Assembly (NCBI GenBank): GCA_964611835.1
Contig: CAZTDW010000004.1
Location: forward strand, 1-63,514
Direction: 5' to 3'
Length of the DNA: 63,514 bases
Source: an uncultured Rikenellaceae bacterium
GTDB taxonomy: Bacteria; Bacteroidota; Bacteroidia; Bacteroidales; VadinHA17
In this document: piece after piece, positions 9,469 to 18,969 of the stretch
How positions within the stretch are numbered: position 1 is the first letter of the stretch
Layout of the letters: each line of letters starts with the position of its first letter
Made by a program: the position numbers and the translations under genes
Notes under the pieces: generated by a model
What the model saw: only the letters and a program-made list of their open reading frames with translations
What the model was told of the DNA's origin: nothing
Database searches by the model: none

Positions 9469-10293
9469 TTATAAAGGGTTAAGAACTATCCGCTTAAAAA
9501 AGATCTCAGCACCCTCAGACTGGATCTGTATCCGTCCTTTTTGGGGCTTTACATCAAAAGCATGGTTTACCAGAGTGCCATTGAGATATACAATGATCTC
9601 CTTATCTTTTACAATACATTCAATCCTGTTCCATTTTCCGACATGTTTTTCGATATCTTCTGTTCCTCGAAATCCTTTTATGTCTTTCCATCCCGGATCA
9701 CGTGCGAACCAGTTTATCCGACCTGAGTTTATGGTTACCTTATTTCCGGAAGGCTGAAATACGTGTGATCCACCTTGCTGCACAGGAGCAACGGGGCAGG
9801 TGACTGAGAAATTCCGGCTTCCATCACCGACAACGATAAAATCACCTGTTCCCCCTTCAATGATCTGACATTCTATCGAATGCATCCAGGTGCCGTCCGA
9901 ACCGCCATCCTCCCCGACAGAATGCAGGAGCAGCCCGCTGTCCCTGGCTTTATCAATCCTCGGTTCATAAGTTATCTCACCCCACTTGAATTCAACGGTT
10001 ATTTTATAATTTTCAAATTCATCATTTGATGTTATGCAACCAAACTCCTCTCCGGAAATTCTGATCATACGGTTCTGGACCGTAAATACCTTTTTGGGAT
10101 CCGTATTCTTTCCCCTGTCCTTAATATAGGTGTACCAGCCATCAAGGTTTTTACCGTTGAACAATTTTATCTCTAATTTTTTGCCATACTTTAATTCCGG
10201 ACCTGAAAGATCACCAGAGCTGGTAAAGCCGGTTCCCGGTATAACCAAAATCAGAAGGATCATTACCAGCAAATTCAACATGGGCCTTTTCAT
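9469..10293 (-). CDS. DUF1080 (3-keto-disaccharide hydrolase-like) domain protein, secreted
   Basis: Signal peptide. Contains LFNGKNLDGWYTY and a C-terminal IQIQSEGAEIFFKRI pattern, both typical of DUF1080. Confidence 0.7.
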   Translation of the reverse strand: MKRPMLNLLVMILLILVIPGTGFTSSGDLSGPELKYGKKLEIKLFNGKNLDGWYTYIKDRGKNTDPKKVFTVQNRMIRISGEEFGCITSNDEFENYKITVEFKWGEITYEPRIDKARDSGLLLHSVGEDGGSDGTWMHSIECQIIEGGTGDFIVVGDGSRNFSVTCPVAPVQQGGSHVFQPSGNKVTINSGRINWFARDPGWKDIKGFRGTEDIEKHVGKWNRIECIVKDKEIIVYLNGTLVNHAFDVKPQKGRIQIQSEGAEIFFKRIVLNPL

Positions 10294-10429
10294 AACTTAT
10301 TGTTTTTTAATTTAAAAGAAAAATTCACATACTATCTTATCTTAACCTGAATCCGGCAGTAAATACTAAGGTTTTTGATAACCTTCAATGAAAATTCAAA
10401 ATTTATCGTATCAGATCCCAATACCCCAA

Positions 10430-11485
10430 TCAGTATGTGTTTAGTTTATCACGAACTGCTTCATTAATTGCGTTCAGCAATGATTTTCTTCCTGAAGCGT
10501 CATAACCAAGTTCCCATATCATAATTCCCGCAGCTTCCTTTTTTGCCAGTTTCGTTTTATTCTTGATATCAGGTATCCCGTTATAATACATGATATAACC
10601 ATTTGGAAGGTGCCAATGGTCGACCCACTCGGCACCCGCATACGTCGAAACAATATCGCTGTATTTCATATAGGCAATAACAGGATCGGCCAGACCGGGA
10701 CCAAATCCGCGTCCGTAGAATGGTACGCCCAGAACAAGCTTTTCCTTTGGCACCATAAGGGTAAACCGGTAATGGTCCAGATCGTCCATCGCATCTATGT
10801 AGGTTGAATGATGTCCGGGGCGATCCGGCCTGCTCTGTCCGGTATGGTCGTACGACATGATATGGATCAGATCAAACAGGGACAGCACTTCCTGTGTTAC
10901 GTTATCAGCGGGGCGGCTGGGCAAGGCTACAGTAATCAGCTTATTGTGGATTCTTAACGCCTGTGACAGTTCCTTTATGAAAATCCCGTAATTGGGATCT
11001 GTTCCCGGGATGGCAGGATTTTCTCTCGGAAAAGATCGTGATATTGCCATGCCGTTTGGCCCGAAGACATAGCCCAGTTCCAGATCGACATCAACTCCGT
11101 CAGCATCATATTGAAGGACCTTTGACACCAGGTTTTCAATAAGCATCTGCCTTGTCTTGTTTTGTTTCAACAATGCATGGTATTCCTCCGGGCTGGCTCC
11201 TCCTCCAATGGAATAAAGGACCTTTACATCATGTTTATGTGCCGCTTTAATGAATGGGATCAGGGCATCAAGGTTCCTGTTAAAATTCCCTGAAACGTCG
11301 GGATTGACAAAGGCCAGATTTACATGTGTAAGTTTATTGAAAGGGAACTGGGAAATATCCGCTTTCATTGCCGCGTCAACGCCGTAATACCCGACAATTT
11401 TGAAATCAGGTTTGGGATTCTGGGAATTTGTTCTTAAAGAGATAAAGCACACGCAGATAAGGATCAGGAAGAACTTGGTTCTCAT
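10430..11485 (-). CDS. Glycoside hydrolase family 18 (chitinase-like)
   Basis: Signal peptide. GH18 catalytic motif DGVDVDLE (DxxDxDxE). 351 aa. Confidence 0.8.
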   Translation of the reverse strand: MRTKFFLILICVCFISLRTNSQNPKPDFKIVGYYGVDAAMKADISQFPFNKLTHVNLAFVNPDVSGNFNRNLDALIPFIKAAHKHDVKVLYSIGGGASPEEYHALLKQNKTRQMLIENLVSKVLQYDADGVDVDLELGYVFGPNGMAISRSFPRENPAIPGTDPNYGIFIKELSQALRIHNKLITVALPSRPADNVTQEVLSLFDLIHIMSYDHTGQSRPDRPGHHSTYIDAMDDLDHYRFTLMVPKEKLVLGVPFYGRGFGPGLADPVIAYMKYSDIVSTYAGAEWVDHWHLPNGYIMYYNGIPDIKNKTKLAKKEAAGIMIWELGYDASGRKSLLNAINEAVRDKLNTY

Positions 11486-11592
11486 GGCAATTTATTGTTA
11501 TGATTAAACAAATATATTATTTGATTTTAGAAAAGCTGAATTTCTCCCGTATAAAAGATGCTCCGGAAAGTTATTCAGTGGCTTAGATTTAT

Positions 11593-11621
11593 TTGACTTC
11601 AGTCTGCTGTTGGTGTAAATT
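11593..11621 (+). promoter_or_regulatory. Conserved promoter-like motif, copy 2
   Basis: TTAGATTTATTTGACTTCAGTCTGCTGTTGGTGTAAATTGC. Lies 58 nt upstream of the 11679 start. Confidence 0.5.
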
Positions 11622-11678
11622 GCATGATTATACAACATTTGCAATAGTTTATTTTCTGCACTTGTAAATTCTTAACAA

Positions 11679-12173
11679 ATGAAAACAATCCCGTATCTTG
11701 TAATTGCCATAATAATCTGTTCCTGCCAAACAAAAACCCAAATTATACATGTTGATATGAGTGAATCAGAAGAAGCCGTTAAAAAAGTACTGGAAGCACA
11801 CTGGTCTGCAGTAAAAGCAAAAGATGCCGATGCAGTTATAGCCCTGGTAACAGATGATTTTCTTTCATGCGGCTCTGATCCGGAAGAATTCTGGAATAAG
11901 ACAGATATGTACAATACCGTTAAACGGATGTTTGGCAATACGGAATTAAAAACAGATATCACAGTCGATAAACGTGAAATACGAATTGCCGGAGATGGCA
12001 ATTCAGCAATTGCCCTGGAGCAGATGTATTTGAAACCTTTCAGTCAGAAGATGCCAGTCCGCACCATATATCATCTCGTAAAAGAAAATAATACATGGCT
12101 GATTGATTTTACAAGCACCGGGTTTATTCCGAAAAACGAAGATATAGGAAAACTCAATAAGGCACTGGAGTAA
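11679..12173 (+). CDS. NTF2-like (SnoaL/DUF4440-type) lipoprotein
   Basis: Lipobox (IIICSC). EEAVKKVLEAHWSAVKAKDADAVIALVTDDF is typical of the DUF4440/SnoaL fold. Confidence 0.55.
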   Translation: MKTIPYLVIAIIICSCQTKTQIIHVDMSESEEAVKKVLEAHWSAVKAKDADAVIALVTDDFLSCGSDPEEFWNKTDMYNTVKRMFGNTELKTDITVDKREIRIAGDGNSAIALEQMYLKPFSQKMPVRTIYHLVKENNTWLIDFTSTGFIPKNEDIGKLNKALE

Positions 12174-12195
12174 AATCAATATTCGCTCCTAAAAT

Positions 12196-12232
12196 TGACT
12201 TAAGCCTCTGCTTAATAATGTCCCTTAAGTCA
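12196..12232. terminator. Candidate bidirectional terminator hairpin
   Basis: TGACTTAAG (12196-12204) pairs with CTTAAGTCA (12224-12232). It sits between convergent genes. There is no clear U-tract. Confidence 0.3.
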
Positions 12233-12236
12233 CTGT

Positions 12237-13835
12237 CTAATCTTTCAAGCACCTTACTGCCATCCCATTCCGCTTGTTATAGTTATTATCATCAATAAAT
12301 ACAAAGTCATAATAAAGCATTATGATATTTGCCCGGTCCGTACTGAACCCGGTCGATGTCCACCAGTACCCGACCCAGCCATAGCTCATGGTGCTTCCCA
12401 TCTCATTTATCCTTCCGGAAGGAAGACCGGTCCAGCCCGACTCATTTGTAGCTCCTGCATTTGGTTCTTCCCAATGGCCGGTTCCGGCTTCCTTCATTTT
12501 ACCTCCCGTATTTGTTTCCCCACCAAGGAAGGCAATAAGATCAGTGTATTCATTATAAGCAGGGACATGCCACCCGGCGGGGCATAATTTCCCGGTTGAA
12601 ACCGTGTACCAGTTATACATGGCTCCGCAAAAATCTTTATAGACAGCGGGTGAATTAGCGTACCAGGCATAAGCGGGAGTTGAAAGGGTTGACCAGTCCT
12701 GCGGATTATTTACAAATGGTATGGATGCGCCATCATTATATCTGGTTGTCCTCAGATTCTCGGCCATCCAGGTCTGATTGCCGATAATAATGGTTTTGTA
12801 GACATTGCCATCAATGTCTGTTACAGAACCATAATTTAAATCCGGATTAAAATTTATTGGACCAAGGCCATCCGTTGTTTTAAAGGCAAGTTCATTACCG
12901 TATGTAATTCCTGCTTCAGTTACCGCATAAGCCCTGGCAAAATAGTCTGTACCGGGCAGCAGACCGTCAATATGGCTGTCAAATGATCCATCCCCTGAAC
13001 CATTTTCAGCATGCAAGCCTTCAACCGACGGATTTGATTCCGTTCCCCAGCAGACACCTCTGGCTGAAATTCCTGATCCTCCGTTGGCATTGACGATACT
13101 GCGGACCCCTGCCGTAGTCTGGCTTACGTCAAAAACCTCACTGGTGGTAACAACAGGAAAGATATGGAGTGTTGTGAAAGTTATCTCATTCCCGTATGAT
13201 GTTCCTGAGTTATTGGTAGCCCAGGCTCTTATATAATAGGTGGTCCCATAAGTCAATCCCGTCAGCACTGACGTAAAAATACCCGTTCCGGTTCCATCGC
13301 TTGTCTTGTTATCCGAAATTGAAGGATTGGGATTAATGCTCCAACAAACCCCTCTGGAAGTAACCGATGCACCTCCATCACTCACAATATTGCCTCCGGA
13401 TATTGCAGCTGAATGAGTTATTTCCGTAATCTCAGCTGTATTAAGTTCAGGAAGGGAAGCTTGCGGAGTTTCAAATGTCAGTTCATTACCGTATGAAGTT
13501 CCCTTATTGCCTGAAGCATATGCCCTGACATAGTATTTTGTTCCGGCTTCAAGTCCTGTGAGAAGACTGACAAAATCACCGGGCCCGGAACCATCAGCAG
13601 TATGGAAGCCCGTAAGCGCAGGATTTGGAGAAGTTCCCCAGCAGACCCCCCGTGCGGTTACATCTGCTGCCTCATCAGAAATCACATTACCTCCCGATAC
13701 CGCTGTATTCGCTGTTATGTCCGTAACAGGTTCGGTGGTAAGTATTGGAATCCCCGGGTCCTTTTTACAGCCATTGACTGAAATGACAGCAACGGCAAGG
13801 ATCACAATTGCCAGAAAATAAGCTGGTTTTTTCAT
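12237..13835 (-). CDS. FISUMP (Fibrobacter succinogenes major paralogous) domain lipoprotein with three N-terminal ~95-aa repeats
   Basis: Lipobox (SVNGC). Three tandem repeats each contain ARGVCWGT..NP and TSYGNE(L/I)TF.T. C-terminal domain has DIDGNVYKTIIIGNQTWMAENLR, CPAGWHVP and AVRCLKD. Confidence 0.75.
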   Translation of the reverse strand: MKKPAYFLAIVILAVAVISVNGCKKDPGIPILTTEPVTDITANTAVSGGNVISDEAADVTARGVCWGTSPNPALTGFHTADGSGPGDFVSLLTGLEAGTKYYVRAYASGNKGTSYGNELTFETPQASLPELNTAEITEITHSAAISGGNIVSDGGASVTSRGVCWSINPNPSISDNKTSDGTGTGIFTSVLTGLTYGTTYYIRAWATNNSGTSYGNEITFTTLHIFPVVTTSEVFDVSQTTAGVRSIVNANGGSGISARGVCWGTESNPSVEGLHAENGSGDGSFDSHIDGLLPGTDYFARAYAVTEAGITYGNELAFKTTDGLGPINFNPDLNYGSVTDIDGNVYKTIIIGNQTWMAENLRTTRYNDGASIPFVNNPQDWSTLSTPAYAWYANSPAVYKDFCGAMYNWYTVSTGKLCPAGWHVPAYNEYTDLIAFLGGETNTGGKMKEAGTGHWEEPNAGATNESGWTGLPSGRINEMGSTMSYGWVGYWWTSTGFSTDRANIIMLYYDFVFIDDNNYNKRNGMAVRCLKD

Positions 13836-14102
13836 TTAATCAGTTTTAATTAATAATTATAATTCAATCGTGGATTCAATGTCGATCTGGAAGATTTTCT
13901 GAGAAATGTTAATTCATCCCTGAACAGGCGATTATTAATTAATCTATTCATAATCAATAATATGGAATAAGATATATGAATTATTTACTATAATATTCCA
14001 GGGGTACCTTGTTATAACAATTGACAGTTCAAAAGGTTCATAGCACCTTGTGGAAAACCTGGTCACAGTGGGAACCGGTTTTTCCAATACACTTAGATTT
14101 AT

Positions 14103-14131
14103 TTGACTTCGGATTTCTGATGGTGTAACTT
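14103..14131 (+). promoter_or_regulatory. Conserved promoter-like motif, copy 3
   Basis: TTAGATTTATTTGACTTCGGATTTCTGATGGTGTAACTTAG. Lies 91 nt upstream of the 14222 start. Confidence 0.55.
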
Positions 14132-14221
14132 AGAATATCATTGTTGGATGACAGATTTTCTGATTAAGAATAAGAGGAACCAGATTAATTACTGGCTAAA
14201 TAATCAAAACACTTAAATATT

Positions 14222-16141
14222 ATGAAAACGATCGTTGACCTTCTGGAGAACAGTGCACAGAAGTTTAGTGACAATCCCTATCTTCTTGAAAAAAGGGGAG
14301 ACAAGTATGAAGCTGTAACTTTCCGGGAAACCAGGCAGCAGGTCTTTAAGGTTGCGGCAGGACTTTTAACTCTTGGGATCAAGAAAGGCGACAGGATAGC
14401 ATTATTGTCTGAATCCAGGACTGACTGGGTGGTAAGTGAACTTGGTATTTTGTACACAGGTGCCGTGAGTGTTCCGCTTTCTATCTTATTAAAGGAAAGC
14501 AATGATCTGAAGTTCAGGTTAAACCATTCAGAATCAAGATGGGTGATAGTTTCAGGTCTCCAGTATGACAAAATAAATTCCATCAGGAAAGACCTTCAGA
14601 GCCTTGAAAAAGTGATTCTTCTTGATGAGAGGGAGACCTATGACACTGATGAGATATTCATAGGGAAGGTCAGGAGTCTGGGAGAAGAATATCTGAGCAG
14701 GAACCCGGATAAATTCACCGATACATTCAGATCGGTGGGTCCTGATGATTATGCAAATATTTGTTACACTTCGGGAACGACAGCTGATCCCAAGGGAATA
14801 ATCCTGACCCACAGGAATTACACAGCCAATATTGAGCAGGCACTGACACTTTTTGACGTTCCTGAATGGTGGTCGACACTGCTGATACTTCCCTGGGATC
14901 ATTCATTCGCCCATACGGTCGGAATTTATATAATGCTGGCTGTCGGAGCAAGTCTTGCGGCAGTTCAGTCAGGAAAATCCTACCTTGACAGTCTGAAGCA
15001 TATTCCTCAAAATATTAAGGAGATAAGACCTGTTTTTCTCTTCAGTGCACCGGCCCTGGCGAAAAACCTGAGAAAAGGAATTGAAAAAGGTATCAGGGAC
15101 AAAGGATCTGTCATTGAAAAGCTGTTCAGACATGCATTAAAGATTGCATATTGTTATAACGGCATTGGCTTGGACCGCGGGAAAGGATTCAGGGTCTTTC
15201 TGAAACCGCCTTACTTTCTTTATGATCTTATTTTGTTCAAAAAGATCAGGGCAAGCTTTGGCGGAAGATTAAAGTTTTTCATCGGAGGAGCAGCATTGCT
15301 TGATATAGAACTCCAGAAATTCTTCCTGGCAATCGGGATCCCGATGCTCCAGGGATATGGCCTGACGGAGGCTTCGCCTGTGATTTCAGGAAATACAGAA
15401 AAAAGATTCAAATTAGGATCCTCCGGATTGCTGGTTAAAAACCTGAATCTGAAAATATGCGATGAGGATGGTAATGAGCTTGCTATGGGGGAAAAAGGGG
15501 AGATAGTCATACGTGGAGAAAATGTAATGAAAGGATACTGGAAGAACGAAACTGCCACCAGGGATGCCATACGCAATGGATGGCTGTTTACGGGGGATAT
15601 GGGATACATGGACCAGGACGGATTCCTGTTCGTGCTTGGAAGGTATAAAAGTCTTCTTATTTCAGACGATGGTGAAAAGTACAGTCCGGAAGGAATAGAA
15701 GAAACAATAACTGACAGGTCTGTCTTTATCGATCAGATGATGCTGTATAATAACCAGAACAAATACACTGTTGCCCTGGTGGTGCCAAACAGTGATGCAT
15801 TGATAAGATGGGCCAGAAGCAAAAATATCGGTCTTACTGATGAAACTGGTTTTACCGCAGTATTAAATGAATTAAAATCTGTTTTCAACCAGTATATGCC
15901 TGAAGGGGTATATGGTGACCTTTTCCCGTCAAGGTGGTTACCTTCTGCCATTGCTGTTCTCGATGAACCATTCAATGCCGATAACAAGCAATTGAACAGC
16001 CTCGGGAAGATGGTAAGGGCAAAGATCATTGAAAAACATAGGGATACGATAGAATACCTTTACACACCTGAAGCAAAGAATATCATTAATCCCAGGAATC
16101 TTGAATCAATAAAGAAACTGCTAAAGCCAGCTTCCATGTAG
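14222..16141 (+). CDS. Long-chain acyl-CoA synthetase (AMP-dependent synthetase/ligase)
   Basis: AMP-binding motifs YTSGTTADPKGIILTHRN, GYGLTE and TGDMGYMDQDGFLFVLGRYKS. 639 aa. Confidence 0.85.
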   Translation: MKTIVDLLENSAQKFSDNPYLLEKRGDKYEAVTFRETRQQVFKVAAGLLTLGIKKGDRIALLSESRTDWVVSELGILYTGAVSVPLSILLKESNDLKFRLNHSESRWVIVSGLQYDKINSIRKDLQSLEKVILLDERETYDTDEIFIGKVRSLGEEYLSRNPDKFTDTFRSVGPDDYANICYTSGTTADPKGIILTHRNYTANIEQALTLFDVPEWWSTLLILPWDHSFAHTVGIYIMLAVGASLAAVQSGKSYLDSLKHIPQNIKEIRPVFLFSAPALAKNLRKGIEKGIRDKGSVIEKLFRHALKIAYCYNGIGLDRGKGFRVFLKPPYFLYDLILFKKIRASFGGRLKFFIGGAALLDIELQKFFLAIGIPMLQGYGLTEASPVISGNTEKRFKLGSSGLLVKNLNLKICDEDGNELAMGEKGEIVIRGENVMKGYWKNETATRDAIRNGWLFTGDMGYMDQDGFLFVLGRYKSLLISDDGEKYSPEGIEETITDRSVFIDQMMLYNNQNKYTVALVVPNSDALIRWARSKNIGLTDETGFTAVLNELKSVFNQYMPEGVYGDLFPSRWLPSAIAVLDEPFNADNKQLNSLGKMVRAKIIEKHRDTIEYLYTPEAKNIINPRNLESIKKLLKPASM

Positions 16142-16196
16142 TTGGTTCTGATAAGAATAAGGTAATTCAAAGGGCAAGGTATGGACATAGGTTTAT

Positions 16197-16225
16197 TTGA
16201 CTTCGGATTTTTAACGTCGTAACTT
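16197..16225 (+). promoter_or_regulatory. Conserved promoter-like motif, copy 4, convergent on the 3' end of the TIR gene
   Basis: GGTTTATTTGACTTCGGATTTTTAACGTCGTAACTTTAG. The only + strand ORF downstream is an 18-codon micro-ORF (16245-16301) that overlaps the TIR gene stop. Confidence 0.45.
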
Positions 16226-16297
16226 TAGAAAACAATAGCATATTATGAAAACTAAATTCCTTTCACGGATTAAGCAGAGAAGACATCTATTGAACAG

Positions 16298-18631
16298 CTA
16301 ATTATTTTTCTGCCTTGCAACAGCCTGTTCGGCTTCCTTTAAATCATTTTCAAGGTCATTACTGTAGCCTGTCCATTTTTCGAAGACTTCCTTTAAAATA
16401 AGCAGTGCTTCTTCATGTTTGCCAAGCTTATGAAGAGCCAGTCCTTTCATCCAGAGAAGGTCAAGGTCGTCAGGAGCCCTTTCAAGGCCTTTCATGGCTA
16501 ATTCAAGGCCTTCATTTATATTGATCCCCGATCTTATTAATATCCGGCTTAGGTTATAGATCCGGGCAGTGTTTTCAGGTTCAAGATCATAGGCTTTCCT
16601 GGAATATTTCTCTGCTGTAATTGTATCCTTTCCCGATAAATACAAATAAGCAACAGCCAACTCTTCAAATGATTTGGAGTAATTATTTCCTGATAAATAT
16701 GATCTGAGCTCAGAAATATTGTTTCCGGCAGCAAGGGTATCTCCCAGCATAACATTACTGCTTCCCTGATATGCAATTAACCAGGGATCATTTGGCTTGA
16801 TCTGTAATCCCTTTTGACTAATCCTTATTGCTGATTCCGGTTTATCAGCCAGAAGCAATGCCTCGCAATAAGCTCTGTAATATCTGTCATATTTCCAGTC
16901 ACTACCTCTTTCAAGGCTGATTTCTTCGACTTTTTCAAATGCCTCCACTGCCTTATCATACAAATCCGAAAAATTTGAATAGGTCAAACCAATGTCTAAC
17001 CATAATAATCGGGATTCTATTCCGGACTTTTCAAGTAAATCACAATACCGTAGTATATCCTGCTGGCTTTTACCATAATAACAAGCATGCCACATTCCCA
17101 GCCAGTTTTGATACTTTGCCGGGAGTCTTTCCCTCCCTTCATAAGCTTTTTGAGTCCATAATACAGATTGATCCCAACTCCCGCTTGAACCCCAGAAACT
17201 ATAAGCAAACGCAATGTAAAATTTAGCAAAAGTAAAGGTTGAGTCAATCTCCAGGGCTCTTTTCAATGATACGACAGCAGACTCGTAATCCGAAGTTAAG
17301 ATCAGGTTTACTCCTTCAATAAAATACCTGTATGCTTCGGCTGAATTCGGATAAACCTCCCTGAAATCATTATCCGCTTTTTGTTCAAGGGACCTGATCT
17401 CGAGGTAGTCTTTCAGTTTATTGCATAATGAATCTGTGAGCGCAAGATATTCTGAGGACTTTAAATCCCCTTCAACCTGATTGGTATAGACAATGTCCCC
17501 GGTTTTGGTATCAACCAGCTTGGAGAGGATCCGGTATCTGCCTCCCGTCCCCTGGAAACTGCCTGATATATATGTTTCAGCATTGACCTTTTCAGCCACC
17601 TTTCTGGCCCGGGAGGGTGAAATTCCTGCCGTGAAAACCTCATGCATGCTCTCCATTGCTTCAAACATGGTCTGGTCGTCGCGAAGGGCAAGTTCGGAAG
17701 AACCGGCAAGCCCGTTGATAATCAGGGATGAAATACCCCGCTGGAACCAATTCAGCGTGGTATCCCCGGTGAGATTCTCAAAGGGCATAACGGCAATTGA
17801 AATTCTCCCGTCCGTGTCTCTTATGGCTTCAAATTTGTCCTTTTTGAATATTATCGGATATAGTAAAATTCCCGCTATTATTATCAATGCGCTTATGGCA
17901 AGAGGAGCGAGCAGCTTATATTTCCCCCGGGAGGTATGTTTTGCAAATAACGATTTTCTATCTTCATTTACAGATTCTCCGGGCAAGACCCTGGTCTGAT
18001 TGTGTTCCCTCCCTTCCCGGACCTGTCCTGCCTTTATTCCAAGAATGATCTCTTTTATCGCATGTGCTGTTTTGTTTATCTGGTCATTATAGTAGGTTTT
18101 GTTGAGATTGTCCTGCGGGTGTTCCTCATTCACTCGCAGGGGCCGGTTTACCCCTGAGGATGTTCTGAACACAAAATCCATTGCCCTCAGTACGGTACCT
18201 GTTTCCTTCTCGAACAGCTTTACGTCCTCCGGTTCAATATCATGGATCCGGATGGGCAGAATCCTGCTTGCTACATTTCCGCTCCTGAGTTTTATATCCT
18301 TTCCATAGGGATCGTTTTTAACCATCCCGAGAAAAGGCAAAAACTCATACTGCCATGCATAACTGCCGGGATCGCAATAGGTCTGAGAAAGAACAGGAAT
18401 GAATATGAGGCATTTCAGTTTGTCCTCAAGGCTCTTTTCCACATGGTGCGTTTCCTGAAGGCGGTCGTGGGGATTTTCATCGAAATATACTGAAACATCT
18501 TCCTTAAATGTAGCTTCCAGTTCGGCCTTCAGGGCTTCAACGAAATTACTAACCCACTTGTCGCCTTTATTATCCTTCGGGCGGTAGGAAATAAAGATGT
18601 CATAATTATATCCTTCAACGATGCCTGACAT
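16298..18631 (-). CDS. TIR domain / single TM / TolB-N-like / TPR membrane protein (paralog 1)
   Basis: The N-terminus has the TIR signature YDIFISYRPKD and CLIFIPVLSQTY..SYAWQYEF (Glu retained), with no signal peptide. TM helix LLAPLAISALIIIAGILLYPIIF. Then ISIAVMPFENLTGD, followed by about 400 aa of TPR repeats. Confidence 0.8.
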   Translation of the reverse strand: MSGIVEGYNYDIFISYRPKDNKGDKWVSNFVEALKAELEATFKEDVSVYFDENPHDRLQETHHVEKSLEDKLKCLIFIPVLSQTYCDPGSYAWQYEFLPFLGMVKNDPYGKDIKLRSGNVASRILPIRIHDIEPEDVKLFEKETGTVLRAMDFVFRTSSGVNRPLRVNEEHPQDNLNKTYYNDQINKTAHAIKEIILGIKAGQVREGREHNQTRVLPGESVNEDRKSLFAKHTSRGKYKLLAPLAISALIIIAGILLYPIIFKKDKFEAIRDTDGRISIAVMPFENLTGDTTLNWFQRGISSLIINGLAGSSELALRDDQTMFEAMESMHEVFTAGISPSRARKVAEKVNAETYISGSFQGTGGRYRILSKLVDTKTGDIVYTNQVEGDLKSSEYLALTDSLCNKLKDYLEIRSLEQKADNDFREVYPNSAEAYRYFIEGVNLILTSDYESAVVSLKRALEIDSTFTFAKFYIAFAYSFWGSSGSWDQSVLWTQKAYEGRERLPAKYQNWLGMWHACYYGKSQQDILRYCDLLEKSGIESRLLWLDIGLTYSNFSDLYDKAVEAFEKVEEISLERGSDWKYDRYYRAYCEALLLADKPESAIRISQKGLQIKPNDPWLIAYQGSSNVMLGDTLAAGNNISELRSYLSGNNYSKSFEELAVAYLYLSGKDTITAEKYSRKAYDLEPENTARIYNLSRILIRSGININEGLELAMKGLERAPDDLDLLWMKGLALHKLGKHEEALLILKEVFEKWTGYSNDLENDLKEAEQAVARQKNN

Positions 18632-18656
18632 CTGAGGATTACTTGTTTCACTATCA

Positions 18657-18685
18657 AATTTAAACCTTAATTAAACCAAAGTCAA
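18657..18685 (-). promoter_or_regulatory. Promoter of TIR paralog 1 (TTGACT-N17-TAAATTTG)
   Basis: Minus strand reads TTGACTTTGGTTTAATTAAGGTTTAAATTTG, a perfect Bacteroidota -7 box TAnnTTTG, about 25 nt upstream of the ATG. Nearly identical to the region upstream of TIR paralog 2. Confidence 0.6.
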
Positions 18686-18775
18686 TTTTCTTTCATTTGT
18701 GAGAAGAAACTGAACCTAATTAGTTGAGCCACGAAGAGTTAATGCAATGATATATAACGAGTTGGCTGAGTTTAT

Positions 18776-18804
18776 TTGATTTCCGATTTTTGGAGGTATG
18801 ACTT
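18776..18804 (+). promoter_or_regulatory. Conserved promoter-like motif, copy 5 (more divergent)
   Basis: GAGTTTATTTGATTTCCGATTTTTGGAGGTATGACTTTC. Lies 166 nt upstream of the 18970 GTG start. Confidence 0.4.
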
Positions 18805-18969
18805 TCATCAATATTAGCGACTTACACTTAATGAATAAAATATTTATTTTTAACTCAAATATTTACCTGCGAAACTTTTACGTATCATCTTGCACAAAAA
18901 GAAAATGAAAATAATGAAGGTTCCACGCGAACCACTTAATTTACAATAATATAATAAAACTATTTTCTT

